A stretch of DNA of 64,000 nt, from positions 36,878 through 100,877 of the forward strand of contig NIVC01003378.1 in assembly GCA_002269645.1 (NCBI GenBank), read 5' to 3'. A program made the translations under genes and the position numbers. Positions 45,689 to 57,985 of the stretch are shown in pieces (the stretch's first letter is position 1; every line of letters starts with the position of its first letter). A model generated the notes under the pieces. It did not search any database and was not told the origin of the DNA. It saw only the letters and a list, made by a program, of their open reading frames with translations. This stretch comes from Macrostomum lignano. Its lineage: Eukaryota.

Positions 45689-48438
45689 TGTACTGAAGTG
45701 ATCTTTGTAATGAAGTCAATTCGCTTATTCTGGAGTAAACTCAGTTGAGGCAAAACCCTCCACGCTCTGTATATTTTATAGGCCAAGGGGCACGGTGGCC
45801 CGCGCATGTACATTACCGTACGTACTGCTAGCTAGGCTTACTAAACAAGCTCCACCCCTACCACGCGGCCCCACCCCATAAGTCATGACACTTTTCCCCT
45901 CTCAGAAGAAGTCCGCTTCCTATCAATCACAGCTCCCGAGTTTCGAGTAGGTCAGCTTCTCAGGTGGCCGTCGCCGGCGTGCAGGCTGCAGTCCGCAGGG
46001 CGCGTCTGGCGGCTCCGGCTCCGGGTGCTCCGCGCCGGTCCCGGTCGAGTCCGCAGCTTCAGCTGGCTCGGTCCCGGCTGCCGGACCGTCAGGTTTGTCG
46101 CTCTCAACTCGCCGGCCCCGCAGTTGGTCGGCATGACGGCGCCAGGTCAGGCCGTCGCTCGTTTCGACTCGGAAGCTCAGCGGCCCAGTCTGCTCGAGAA
46201 CTTTTGCTGGTTGCCAGGCCGCCGCATTAGGCCGGTAGTCCCTGGCCCAGGCCTCCGACCACGGCTCCTCCGGCAGCTCCCGCGACCGCCGGTCGTGCTG
46301 TCGTTTCTGGGCAGATTGCTCCCGCAGTACTCGATCCCGGGCTGACGGCCGCAGCAGGTCCATTCGAGTCCGGAGCTGCCGCTTCAGGAAAAGCTCCGCT
46401 GGTGTCCGACCGGTCGTTGGGTGCGGGCTAGCTCGGTAGCCCAGCAGCCAGTTGCACAGGCGGATGTCGAGGTCCGGCTGACTGCTCCGTGACGCCTCCA
46501 TGGCCATCTTGAACGACTTCACCAGCCGTTCCACCAGTCCGTTGGTCTTGGCGTGATATGGACTGCTTCTTATGTGGCGAATTCCATTTGCTTTGCAGAA
46601 ATCGCTAAATCCTTGACTGATGAATGCTGGACCGTTGTCCGATACCAGTTCTCTCGGCAGGCCCCATTGTGCAAACAACACTCGCAGCTTGCGAACCAGC
46701 TCGGCCGATTCGAGTGTTGACACGGCCTCCACATGCGGCCACTTTGAGTGCGCGTCGACTACGAGGAGAAACTGGCGGCCTCGAACCGGCCCGGCAAAGT
46801 CAACGTGGATGCGGTCCCAGGGCTGGTCTGGCCACACCCAGGGGTGCAGTGGAGCCAGCACCGGATGCAGCTTAACGGATTGGCAGGCTTGGCAGCTGCT
46901 GGCAACCGACTCGATGTCAGAATCCATTCCTGGCCACCAGACGAAGGTTCTGGCGACACTTTTCATCCGGGCCATGCCGAAATGTTCCACGTGTAACTCG
47001 CGCAGAACTCCAGGTCGCAACGCTTCCGGAACCAGCACGCGAGTTCCCCAGATCACGCAGCCGTCTTCCACGCTTAGTTCTAGTCGACGACGAAAGTAGG
47101 GCTCGAGCCGCGGCGGAACCGACTCTGGCCAGCCAGTCATTATCATCCGGAGAACATCTCGGAGCTCGTCATCCCGCTTCGTTGCTGCCGCTACATCCGC
47201 CGCCGTCAATGGAAACTCGCCCGTCAGCTGACAGACCCGATCGTCGTCGTCTGGGCTGTCGTCCTTCATCTGCAGGGGCAAGCGAGACAGGCCGTCTGCG
47301 TTGCTGTGCTGAGCAGTCTTGCGGAACCGGATGCTGTAGCTGTACCCTGACAGCAGCAGTGCCCATCTCTGAAGTCGCCCTGCTGCAGTCGGCGAGATGC
47401 CAACCTTCGGTCCGAAAATCGTCGTCAACGGCTGATGATCCGTAATTATCGTGAAGCTCCGGCCGAACAGGTACTGGTGGAACCGCTTGATGGCGAACAC
47501 GATGGCGAGGGCTTCTTTCTCAATTTGCGAGTAATTTCGCTCCGCTGCTGACAGCGTCCTTGAAGCAAAAGTCACCGGCCGTTCCGAGCCGTCCTCCATC
47601 GTGTGGGACAGCACCGCGCCGATGCCGACCGATGAAGCATCCGCGGCCACCACCACTGGAAGCTGCTCGTTGAAATGCGTCAGCACGCTGTCCGAACTCA
47701 GTTCTTGCTTAAGATGGTCCCAGGCTCGGTCCTCCGTCTCAGCCCACCGCCAGTCCGTCTCCTTCCTCAACAGTTGATACAGAGGAGCAGCGATCGCGGA
47801 GAAGTCCTTGACATGTCGAGCATAGTAATTTGCGAGGCCCAAGAATGATCGCAGCTCTGATACTGTCGCTGGCTTCGGGCTGTTGACTATTGCTTCCACC
47901 TTCTGAGGCAGCTTCTTGACTCCGTCCTTGCTCAGCAACGAGCCCAGGTATTCGACTTCTTCTTGCAGAAATTTGCACTTGATTCGCTTCAGCCGCAAGC
48001 CCGCCGCTCTCAGCCTGGTCAGTACCTCTCGAAGCGCTGCTAGGTGCTCACTCATTGACGGACCGGAGACCAGGATGTCGTCAATGCGACAACAGACTCC
48101 CGGCACGCCCTTCAAAAGTGTTTCCATCAGCCTCTGGCAAATCGCAGGAGCCGAACTGACGCCAAATGGCAACCGGAGGTACTCGAAAAGCCCTTTATGC
48201 GTGTTGATGGTCGTCAGCTTGCAGCTCTCTTCGTCGAGTGGAAACTGAAGATAACATTGTGACAGATCGAGTTTTGAGAACAGCTGACCCCGTCCCATCT
48301 GCTCGTAAAGCTCTTCAGGCGTAGGCAGCGGGTACTGGTCGATGTGGAGCTGAGGGTTCAACGTCAGTTTATAGTCGCCGCACAGTCGGACTGAGCCGTC
48401 CGCCTTGAGTACCGGAACCACAACCACTGGCTTGGCGA
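45689..48438 (-). mobile_element. 5'-truncated Gypsy (Mag-like) element: partial RT, RNaseH, IN, PPT, 3' LTR (about 45689-45890)
   Basis: PPT gagaggggaaaag then TGTCATGA; gag, PR and 5' LTR absent; 5' junction abuts block Y. Confidence 0.88.
45923..48438 (-). CDS. pol: Open pol fragment (RT-RH-IN, about 838 aa)
   Basis: VRLCGDYK, RIDDIL, ADAS/YSQIEKEALAI, H..H..C..C, RIHVDFAGP/SDNG/E; no internal stops. Confidence 0.9.
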
Positions 48439-48439
48439 A

Positions 48440-49036
48440 TCTAAGGTGCACAGAAGTACATCTCTAGCGCCGATACTGCACTATTGGCAACCTTGCTAAC
48501 TGATTTGATAGATTGATCAATTGAGAACTGCCTTGCCATTGGTCCACTATGACCGGCGCCTACTAGTTTAGCCACTCATCCGAGCCATCGGCGAACAAAG
48601 CAATAAAACTGATAAAAATAACTGCCAGATTTAACCTACTCTCTAAATCACTTCACACCTCAGATTGAATTGGAGTAATCAGACTACTATCAGTATTGAA
48701 TGATTTCCGCCTCGATAACAGCACTGCTGAACAAAATGAGCAAAAGTGTGCGCCTAATCCAGCTACTGAAACAGAGGACAGATAAGGAATCACCCAATCA
48801 AGCAAGTCTAGGTAGCCTCTCACCCAACCAATCAGAAACTCCACAGCCGGATTCCAGGTAATCCACAGTGACCGATTCGGCTTAGTGCTTCGCAGCAGTA
48901 GGTCCGGGATGATGCTGTCACAGCCTTCGCAAATAGCTAGCAGGTGTTGATCTTATCCTTGATGATCGTTGCTGTTGACCAGGGGAAATTCGTCCTTGAT
49001 GATGATGGGGGGTAGTCGCGATCCGGGGATCAAGAC
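48440..49036. repeat. Blocks Y and W, inverted copy of 49741-49953 and 50677-51163
   Basis: Reverse-complement match by eye (for example ccgattcggcttagtgcttcgcag versus ctgcgaagcactaagccgattcgg). Confidence 0.85.
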
Positions 49037-49038
49037 AC

Positions 49039-49953
49039 TGATGAGGATGCACTTTTCGCAAATTCCACGCTAGCGCATGGGCTCTAAACTTGCTAGCCTA
49101 CTAACAGCAGGTTATGGGCATTTTTCTCCTTTTTTCGTAATTTTTCTAGAATTCATACTAGTAGGACTTTTGTAGCTATATGAATCTGCCATACTTGTAG
49201 TTATAATAACATAGGCGCGGTTTTTTGCTACCTTTGGGGTCATAAATCATTGCTTTTGAGCTGGTCTGACAGCCACCTGCGCCTCACTCAGTGTTGAGAC
49301 TGGCGCCAGATGGTCTGAGAGGATGTGAGCGGTAGCTTTTTTCTCATCATTTTGACAGGCCATCAAAATTTATGAGGTCAGGGCCTATTGTTCGTGTTCA
49401 CTCAAGCGTTTGACAGCTTTGACAGCTATGCGTTTTACCCCTAAAAGTACTTTGGGATTAGCGATTAGCAATTTCTCTTCATTATCTTCACTTTCTGCCT
49501 AATAAGAGCTTTCTAATGTATATTTTTTCATTATCTCATTTTAAGCTCATTTTAACAAATCGGCTCAGCCAATCAGAATCGACGTGTTCCATTATAACAA
49601 ACTGCGGTCCAGTTGGCGGCTATTTAAACCGGTGTTTTTGGCCCGCTCGCACTTCAACCTGCGGTTACCCTGGTACCGGTTCAACCACTGCAAACCCTTT
49701 CTGGAGACCGGCCAGGAACTTGCTCTATCTGACCGTCGTTTCTTGATCCCCGGATTGCAACTCCCCCCCCCCCACCATCATCAAGGACGAATTCCCCCGG
49801 TCATCAGCAGTGAACATCAAAGTCGAGAGCATCACCTGCTAGCTATCTGCGAAGGTTGTGACATCAGCATCATCCCGGGTCTACAGCTACGAAGCACTAA
49901 GCCGATTCGGTCACTGTGGATTACCCGGTCTCCAGCTGTTGAGTTTCTGATTG
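49039..49953 (+). mobile_element. Partial copy of the long-TIR element (Z-P-W-partial Y)
   Basis: Starts TGATGAGGA.GCAC like 49954; same Z block; CCAAT at 49569 and TATTTAAA at 49621. Confidence 0.7.
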
Positions 49954-52352
49954 TGATGAGGACGCACTTTTTTCCAAACCCCGCGCTAGCACATGGGCTC
50001 TAAACTTACTAGCCTACTAACAGTGGGCAATGGGCATTTTTATCCTTTTTCTGCGAATTTTCATAGAATCTATACTAGATATAATGTCTGGTCATACTAT
50101 GTAGTCATAATAACATAGGCGCAGCTTTTTGGGTCATAAATCATCGCTTTCGAAGCTGGTCTGACAGCCACCTGCGCCTCCCTCAGTGTTGAGGCGGGCG
50201 CCAGATGGTCTGAGAGGATGCGGGCGGTAGCTTTTTCTCATCATTTTGACAGGCCATCAAGATTTATGAGGTCAGAGCCTATTGTTCGTGTTCACTCAAG
50301 CGTGTGACAGCTTTGACAGCTATGCGTTTTACCCCTAAAAGTACCTTGGGATTAGCGATTAGTGATTTCTCTTCATTATCTTCACTTTCTATTTAATAAG
50401 AGCTTTCTAATGTATATATTTTTTCATTAATTTCTGTCAATCCTACGCGAAAAGTCATAAATCATTTTGTTGCGATTTTTATTGATTTTTGGCCGCACCT
50501 GTCATCTTTTTACGACCCTGTGGGAACTGATAGGATCTCCCGGTCACGTGATTCTGGGTGGCAACAAGCTTAGCCAATCAGAAAATTCGGCGCTCATTTT
50601 AACAAATCGGCTCAGCCAATCAGAATCGACGTGTTCCATTATAACAAACTGCGGTCCAGTTGGCGGCTATTTCCGTAGCATCATCCCGGGTCTACAGCTG
50701 CGAAGCACTAAGCCGATTCGGTCACTGTGGATTACCTGGTCTCCGGCTGTTGAGTTTCTGATTGGTTGGGTGAGAGGCTACCTAGACTTGCTTGATTGGG
50801 TGATTCCCTGTCTGTCCCCTGCTTCAGTAGCTGGATTAGGCGCACACTTTTGCTCTTTTTGTTCAGTAGTGCTGTTGCTGAGGCAGAAGTCATTCAATAA
50901 TACTGCTAGTAGTCTAAACTCCGATTCAATCTGAAGTGTGAAGTGATCTAAGGAGAAGGTTAAATCTAACAGTTATTTTTATCGGTTTAATTTCTTTGTT
51001 CGCCGATGGCTCGGATGAGTGGCTAAGCTAGTAGGCGCCGGTCATAGTGGACCAATGGCAAGGCAGTTCTCAGTCGATCAATCCATCAAATCAGTTAGCA
51101 AAATTGCCAGTAGTGCAGTATCGGCGCCAGAGATGTATTTTGTGCACTCTAGGTTCGCCAAGCGGCTCGGGTAATGAATCATGCGGTCTCTGAAGTTCGA
51201 GTTAGTCTATCATCAGCGCTATGAGAGGCTAGTTGGCGCGTTGAAGGCCAAAAATGCAATTCTTCGTATTTAGCAATGTGATAGTACATGTAACTACCCC
51301 ATAGTCTCGCAACTGCAAGAATCCCCTGCACAAGTCCCCTCTGTACCTGCATGGCCAATGCGATCTAGTCCCAGCAGTGTCCCTTATCATCGGCCATGAC
51401 TTCGAGATAGACAGCAAAAAGACACTAGTTGGCAGGTAAGTGCAAAGCCCCTTCTAGTCGGAAGCCCGATTTCGAGAGTCCCGGTGTGGTGAGCCAGGAT
51501 CCGTACGGGTTGGTGGCAGCGAGTTAGCTAACCTACGGGTTAACTAATTTCTACCTTCAAAATTCTCCCTGCTTGTCTCTCGCTGTCCCTCTCTTAGCTA
51601 TAGAACCTAGACTGCTCGCCACAGATCAAGCTACCATGGGGCTGACCATCTGACAGGAGTGGGGGGCCAGGACTCTAATTGATTTATTTCTGAGACCTGA
51701 CGCCCGAAGGCTTCCCCACAAGGGGGCCATAAGTTCGAAACCCATCAACACGACGGTCGAGCTCCGGGAACTAGAAGTTGCGTGCTGGGTCCGAGCAGGT
51801 TGAGGTCCGAGCGGGCCGAGAACACTGGTTTATATAGCCGCCAACTGGACCGCAATTTGTTAGAATGAAACACCTCGACGCTGATTGGCTGAGCCGATTT
51901 GTTATAACTGACGTCGAATTTTCTGATTGGCTGAGCTTGTTGCCGCCTAAACTCACGTGACCAGAAGATCCTATCAGTTCCCTCGGGGCCATAAAAATAC
52001 GTACGCCAGGTGTTGTCGTAAATCACTCAAAATCATTGCATATGGCCTGTCAAAAATGATGAGAAAAAAGCTACCGCCCGCATCCTCTCAGACCATCTGG
52101 CGCCCAGCCTCAACACTGAGTGGAGCGCAGGTGGCTGTCAGACCAGCTCAAAAGCAATTATTTATGACCCCAAAAGTAGCAAAAACTGCACCTATAGTAT
52201 TATAACTACAAGTATGGCAAAATCATATAGCTAAAAAGATTATGAATTCTAGAAAAATTACATAAAAAGGAGAAAAATACCCATGTTAGTAGGCTAGCAA
52301 GTTTGGAGCCCATGTGCGAGCGTGAAATTTGGAAAAAAGTGCGTCCTCATCA
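49954..52352. mobile_element. Unclassified 2.4-kb non-coding element with long inverted ends (Z+P) and inward-facing promoter motifs
   Basis: TGATGAGGACGCACTTTTTTCCAAA at 49954 and its reverse complement ending at 52352; Z about 49954-50330 versus about 52020-52352; P about 50520-50670 versus about 51830-51975; no TSD and no recognisable ORF. Confidence 0.7.
51829..51960 (-). promoter_or_regulatory. Pol II promoter-like module (E-box, two CCAAT boxes, TATA)
   Basis: TCACGTGA 51953-51960, CCAAT at 51926-51930 and 51884-51888, TATATAAA 51829-51836; paralogous modules near 49560-49630 and 50545-50670. Confidence 0.5.
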
Positions 52353-52539
52353 TTATACTTTAATACTTTTACACAAAATATCTATTAAACGAAGACGGTG
52401 ACATCAATTAGTTATCATCAAAATGTGTAAGTTGCACGCATACTGTATGAATTCGCGTGATATTACGGTTTTTTAATGCTTGCTAGCCCAGTTGCTTATT
52501 TTGCTAATGATGAGTATCTATACTCATTTACATGTACAT

Positions 52540-52832
52540 ACTATGGTTCGTGCAGCGTACGCCGCGGGTGGCAGCGAGACGACCGACTCCCTGTACCAGC
52601 GAGCGCGCCTGAGACGGCCTTCTGTCCTGCTGAGTAAGCGGCGTCTGCAGCTTGCAGGGCATGTCGAAGCCTAGCTACTGCCCAGAACCGCTACAGGACG
52701 TCCTACTGTGGACTCCCCAGGGACCACGCAGGCGCGTACAGGTACGATCTAGCGGCTCGCTACATCGACCGTCTTTTCGATGAAGACGGCGTGAAGCACG
52801 TCCAAGACCTTGCCCTGAAGCGCGCGATTTGA
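52540..52832 (+). mobile_element. 3' fragment of a non-LTR retrotransposon (RTE/RTE-X-like)
   Basis: SKRRLQLAGHV, VLLWTPQG.R, YIDRL motifs across frameshifts. Confidence 0.6.
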
Positions 52833-54099
52833 CGCTCCCCCCCTTTGGCCACTTATGGTCCAGCCGTACAAATAACATTTGTTAAATATACGGCCGAGCC
52901 ATCTGTAGACTGATGATGTAGTTACTGGGTTATATCGACGGCTCAGCCCTAAAAATACCCACTGCCGAATTACATCACTGCAATATATATATATGCGTAC
53001 TCGTACTAAATCTATAAGATCTGACCGGTATTTCGATCCGCAGCCTGAATGTCTGAACAGGCTTTTTTCAAACTTGCTTTATTTAAATGGAAATTCTTGT
53101 GAATAACTTTCTGTTATTTGTTTCTTGATTGTTTCATCCGTCGAAGTTTTTTGTCATTGTTATTCCAAGGTGGGATATGTTTGGGAATTAGGCTAGCTTA
53201 TTGATTTTATTTGAACTGCGTGATTATAAGTGTTTATTATTCAGTTCGCTGTGTGCACTGATCTAGCCCGATTAGTGTTTCACCCACCTCTTATATGTAT
53301 ACTCTGCATGGTTTGTTAGTCCGGTACTGACTGCAAATAAATGTCATCGTAATTGGGCACGCCAGCCCTGCTTTCGGTTTGGTCTTCTCGTCTAGCTTGA
53401 GCCTCAGCTCCAAACAGTTTGGTCTCTTCATTTCTACAGTACAGGCACCACAAAGACGCGGCCCACCCCCACTGACCCACTCAGTGATCAGTTTCTGATC
53501 CAATTCGCCCATTTCGGTTTCTTTGGGAACGTGTTGAAATTATTGCTGGGCGCAAACCGAATGGCTATGAGCGCTCTGTGACTGATGACTGTGACGTCAG
53601 AACTGATCGCTAAGCGTTAAACTATGCTTGATCAAGCCTATTATGGCAGCTGAATGTAGCGATCAAATTGGTGTCGGTGCTGCGCACGAGTGCTTGTTGG
53701 CATCAACGTTAAGTATAAGAGTTGACAAAAAGCAACAAAAATCATTAAAGCTTAAATTTAATAATAAAAACGGATTGCAATAAATTATTACAGCATATTA
53801 TTTTATATAGACTAGAAGATAGCAAATAATAATACGAACAAAACACTGTATTTTGCATTCAGTATAAAATATTGCTAATCAAACCCAGCACACAAACTGC
53901 ATAAAATTTAAAAATACTCGTAGAAGCTGGTGTGTAAAATACTAGATAATGTCCAATAAGAACGGAGCAAGTAGGCAATAAGCAATTGAACTAATTAAAA
54001 AGATTCCTAGTAAAACAAGCTCACTAAAAATTTTACTACTGTAGGCTAGTCAACAGCTAAAATTGCTATAGGCTAGTGAAACATTTACTGGTTAAAAAA

Positions 54100-54632
54100 T
54101 TATTTCTCCATGCACTCACAGCTCGAGCAGACTTCGGATGCAGCAGCTCCGGTCAGCTTTGCCCGCCACTTACGGCAGCGGTGCAGGCAGTAGCGGCACA
54201 TCTGGCAGAAGAACACGGCGCCCAGTAGCCACATGACGGCCGCACCCAGACGGCCCAGCAGATCGGTGCGCGGGTTCAACCAGTAGGACACTGCCAGGCA
54301 GCTACCCAGACAGAGCCGCAGGATGCCGAATGTACTGAAGAAGGCGAGCTCAACTGCCAGTAGCTGCCATGTATGCGACTGGCCCCGCTCCCGCATGAAC
54401 CAGCGCAGCTGCAGGAGCGGGTTGGTCAGCTCTGAGCCTCCAACAGTGGCTGCCAGCTCTGGACCCCATTTTCCTGCAGCCAGAGCCACTGAGAGACCAA
54501 GAATGCTGGCGCAGTGATGGAACAACATTACCAGGCCTTCAGTGTCGAAGTACAGACACCAGAGCAGGTCGAACAGAAAGTAGCCAAGGCATGCAATAAA
54601 GAGGACTCTTTCGAGTAGCGTTTGGGCCAAAC
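54100..54632 (-). CDS. TLCD5: TLC-domain protein 5 (TMEM136-like), last exon
   Basis: tag| then LGYFLFDLLWCLYF..EGLVMLFHH..SILG..GSELTNPLLQLRWF.RE.G; TAA. Confidence 0.9.
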
Positions 54633-55082
54633 CTATAATGTATATAATGTAAACATTATAGGCAAAATAAGTCTGCAATCTAGGACACAATGCACTGCTC
54701 AACTTTTCCCTATGCTGTTAATTTATATTTTAAGTTAGGAATTTCCTCAGCGTTCCTTGCCTTGAAATTTTCTCAGACCTTCATCCCCCGTATTCCAAAC
54801 CTTTAGTGTATGCCACTGCCGCGTCTGAAGACATTCAGTAGGTGCTCATTCATGTATGGGGGCAAACTTGGACTTACCTAGCTGTTTGAACTGGCAACTA
54901 CTGGTGACTGGTGATTTTGTACTGGTGAGTAGCTATCGGATGAGAGCAGTCCCATAACTGCTCCGTCCAATAGCGACCTAAATGTGAATCTGAGCTTCAG
55001 TATTTCAGAGGGTTTCGCTTCCAACTACTTACAGTAGGTGCCCCTCCCCAGTCTTACTACCAAACAGTTAAGCAAGACGCAC

Positions 55083-55359
55083 CTTGATACTTGTGATAAA
55101 ACGCGTTTCTCCCTGTCACAAAGGTGTCAAACAAGGCTAGCCCTGAGACCAGGAAGGCGTGGGCCACAGTCACTAGACGGCAGTGCCACTCGTACCTGTG
55201 CTTTGGCAGGGAGTAGCACAGGAACATGTAAACTGAACACCACAGCAGGAACGCTCCCAGCACCTGCACAATCAGCCAACTGTACTGCACAGAGCAGCGG
55301 TCGCCATGGAAACTGGCAAGGGTTTCCCTAAAAAGCCAGGCAACTAAAGCACTAGCCAT
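55083..55359 (-). CDS. TLCD5: TLC-domain protein 5, upstream coding exon (start codon uncertain)
   Basis: LW.SVY..LC..KHRYEWHCRLVTVAH..VSGL; phase-1 donor G|gtgcgt fits the next exon; spliced product 269 aa. Confidence 0.82.
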
Positions 55360-56364
55360 CCAAGAAGATGGGTGACGTTTTGCCGAGCTGAAATATGTGA
55401 ATTACAATGAGAAGATATTAAAGGTAGGGAGGGGCTATGTGCACCATGGTACACCTTAAGCAACATTGTCACATAATCACCAGCAGCACAGCAAGAGACA
55501 TTACTGCCCATTCTGCCAACCCACCTGAGCAGGCACACAAGCACATGCATATAGATACATATGCAGTCATACGCATAGGCACAAAGGAATTGAGCCTGGG
55601 CTGCTGACACATCAGCTGCTGCTTTTTCTAGAAATTCTGCTGGCATTGGCCACTAGGCTACATCCCCCAATGGCACAAGCATACTTTAGCATGCTATGTA
55701 CTCTAACGATTTGCTTCTATTAAATTAAATGTTTGCTTATAAAAAGTACTCTCCTTCATTGAACTGAACACTGTTTGGTATTCAGTTGATTATAGTCTCT
55801 GCACCATAGACTATGGAAAATTTGAGACAAAATTTCATTTATTGATTCCCTAAAATGTGTTGTTACTTTGGAAAAGTTTTTTATAATGACATAAAACTAA
55901 TAATATTGTTACTGTAAGAAAAGTCTAGTATGGAAAACAGATGAAAAGAGAGTAATATGACTCCTCCAATGGATACAATTGAAAAAGCCAATATAGTACT
56001 ATAAATTGTAGGCTGTACCTATAAAAATATTCCACATATATTAATGGTTTCCAAAACTGCCTAAGTATCTATTTTCTGAAATATCAGCCCCTTATTCTTT
56101 CAATACAAAACTTTTAAAGATTGCCTTTCACTAAGTACACTATCCATAGCAAACAACAAAATATTTACAAAGATAGAGTTCCTATTTTTGCCAAAATGGT
56201 AAAGTGTATGCAGATTAGCAAATTTGATGCATTGATCATTGAAATAGCTTTATACGGTAGAATAGACCTCTAGTGTGATGTTGCCAGTCATCGATTTTAG
56301 AGCTATAAGGGCTGCATGCATGTACATTGCCCTTCTATTTAATCTTTTGCTGCCTACGTGCACA

Positions 56365-57985
56365 CTCAGCATGCACTTCTCAGCATGCAATGAGGGCTGG
56401 TCGGCTCTGGATCGGTACAGCTGCAACTCTGGCACGGTCCGCTCAGGCCAGTTGCCGACCTCCGTGAAGCGCAGCGCCTTCGACAGGATCGGGTCTAGGC
56501 TCGAATGTCGCCGGCGGTCACTGGCCCTTCGCCCAGCATGTCCATGACCAGGACAATAATGTCCGCAGGTGTTGGAGCCTTCGTCGGTCTTTCAGGTAGT
56601 GGCAGTCGGCTCAGTGCCTCCGCACACAGGGTAGTGATTTGCCAGATCGGTGTTCCATCGAGTAGCTATAGCCCGCCAGGATGAGCGCCCACCTCTGAAT
56701 TCTTACGGACGCCATGGCGGGAATCGGCTTAGACTCATGCAGGAGTCCTAGCAATGGCTTGTGGTCGCTAACGAGGGTGAATTTCCGGCCGTAAAGGTAG
56801 GAGTGAAATCGTTTTACCCCGAAAACGATCGCCAGAGCTTCTTTGTCCAGCTGAGAGTACTTCGCCTCGGCATCGTGCAGGAACGCGAAGCGAAAGCGAT
56901 CGGCCGATCGCAACCGTCAATCCGATGACTGATAACGGCGCCGATGCCGTACGGAGAGACGTCGCACTCCAGCACCAGCGTACCAGCTTTGCAAAAAGCT
57001 CCTCGATTCGCGGCAAGGGGTACATATCCGGCTCCACGGCGAGGTTGACGGTCTGCTTAAAGTCGGCACAGATGCGCACGGTGCCTTCTGACTTCAGAAC
57101 GGAAACAATCGGCGATACATAATCTGAGCTGCTGACTGGTTTGAGTACGCCCTGCTTAATCTCCTTTTCGATTTGAGCCTCCACCTTAGCCTTAAGCGCA
57201 AATGGAACGTTGCGAGCTTTGAATAAACGAGGCTTGGCATCAGGCTTTAAATGTAGTTGCACGGGTGGACCGTTGTTCTGACCCAGTCCGGGCTCGAAAA
57301 CAGCTGCATACTTTTCCAGCAAGGCTCGGATTCTGGGGTGCTCACCATCTTTTTGCACCTGCTTGATGCTTCTCCAGTCAAGCGGCAAGTCGGCCAGCCA
57401 GTCCCGGCCGATCAGATTCGATCCGGAGCCCTTGACGACGAGTAGCGGGAGCTCCTTAGAGATCTCTCCGATACGCACGCAGACGTTGATTTGGCGAGGT
57501 AGAGGAACCGGCTCCCCTGAATACGTACGAGCGTACGTAGCTGTGCGTTAGACGGCTCCAGCTTAAGCAGCAAAAAGTATCCGATGAGATAAGCGAGACG
57601 GATGCACCAGTGTCAATCTCCATTCGAACAGGCGTCTCCTCGATGATGATAGTCGTCTCAATCGCATGCAGCGTATCGCATGCACATGCAGCGTATGTGC
57701 CTCCTCTTGGTCTACTTCCACCTCTCTAATGGCCTGGTCCGTGCGACGATTGGCAGCTGCTGGCGACTTGCAGGCCGCAGCTGTGTGGCCTACCTTCGAG
57801 CTCAGTCGAAACACTTCTTTTCCAGAAAGGGACACTTGCTTGCCACGTCGCTGGAAGAGGCATCTGAAACAGCGCTTTGATTGATCAGGAAGGCCTCTTG
57901 GCTAGCGGATTTCTTCACAAGCGAGTTGCCTTCAGCAGCCAATGCCTGAGCCTGTGCCAGGGTCAATGCAATGTCAAGCGTCAAA
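56365..57985 (-). mobile_element. Internally deleted Gypsy (Mag-like) relic: gag C-term, PR, RT N-term, RNaseH
   Basis: LTLDIALTLAQA, CCHC remnants, MEIDTGASVSLI, LIGRDWL, VRICADFK..YPLPRIEELF fused to YSQLDKEALAIVFGVKRFH; several frameshifts. Confidence 0.85.

Noticed and set aside
49516-52205. ORFs of 60-155 aa inside the long-TIR complex
   Set aside because: Not conserved in frame between the paralogous blocks; no known motifs.
53291-53512. 73-aa minus-strand ORF MGELDQKLITE… near a TGACGTCA site
   Set aside because: No recognisable domain; the only plausible GT-AG splice leads straight to a stop.
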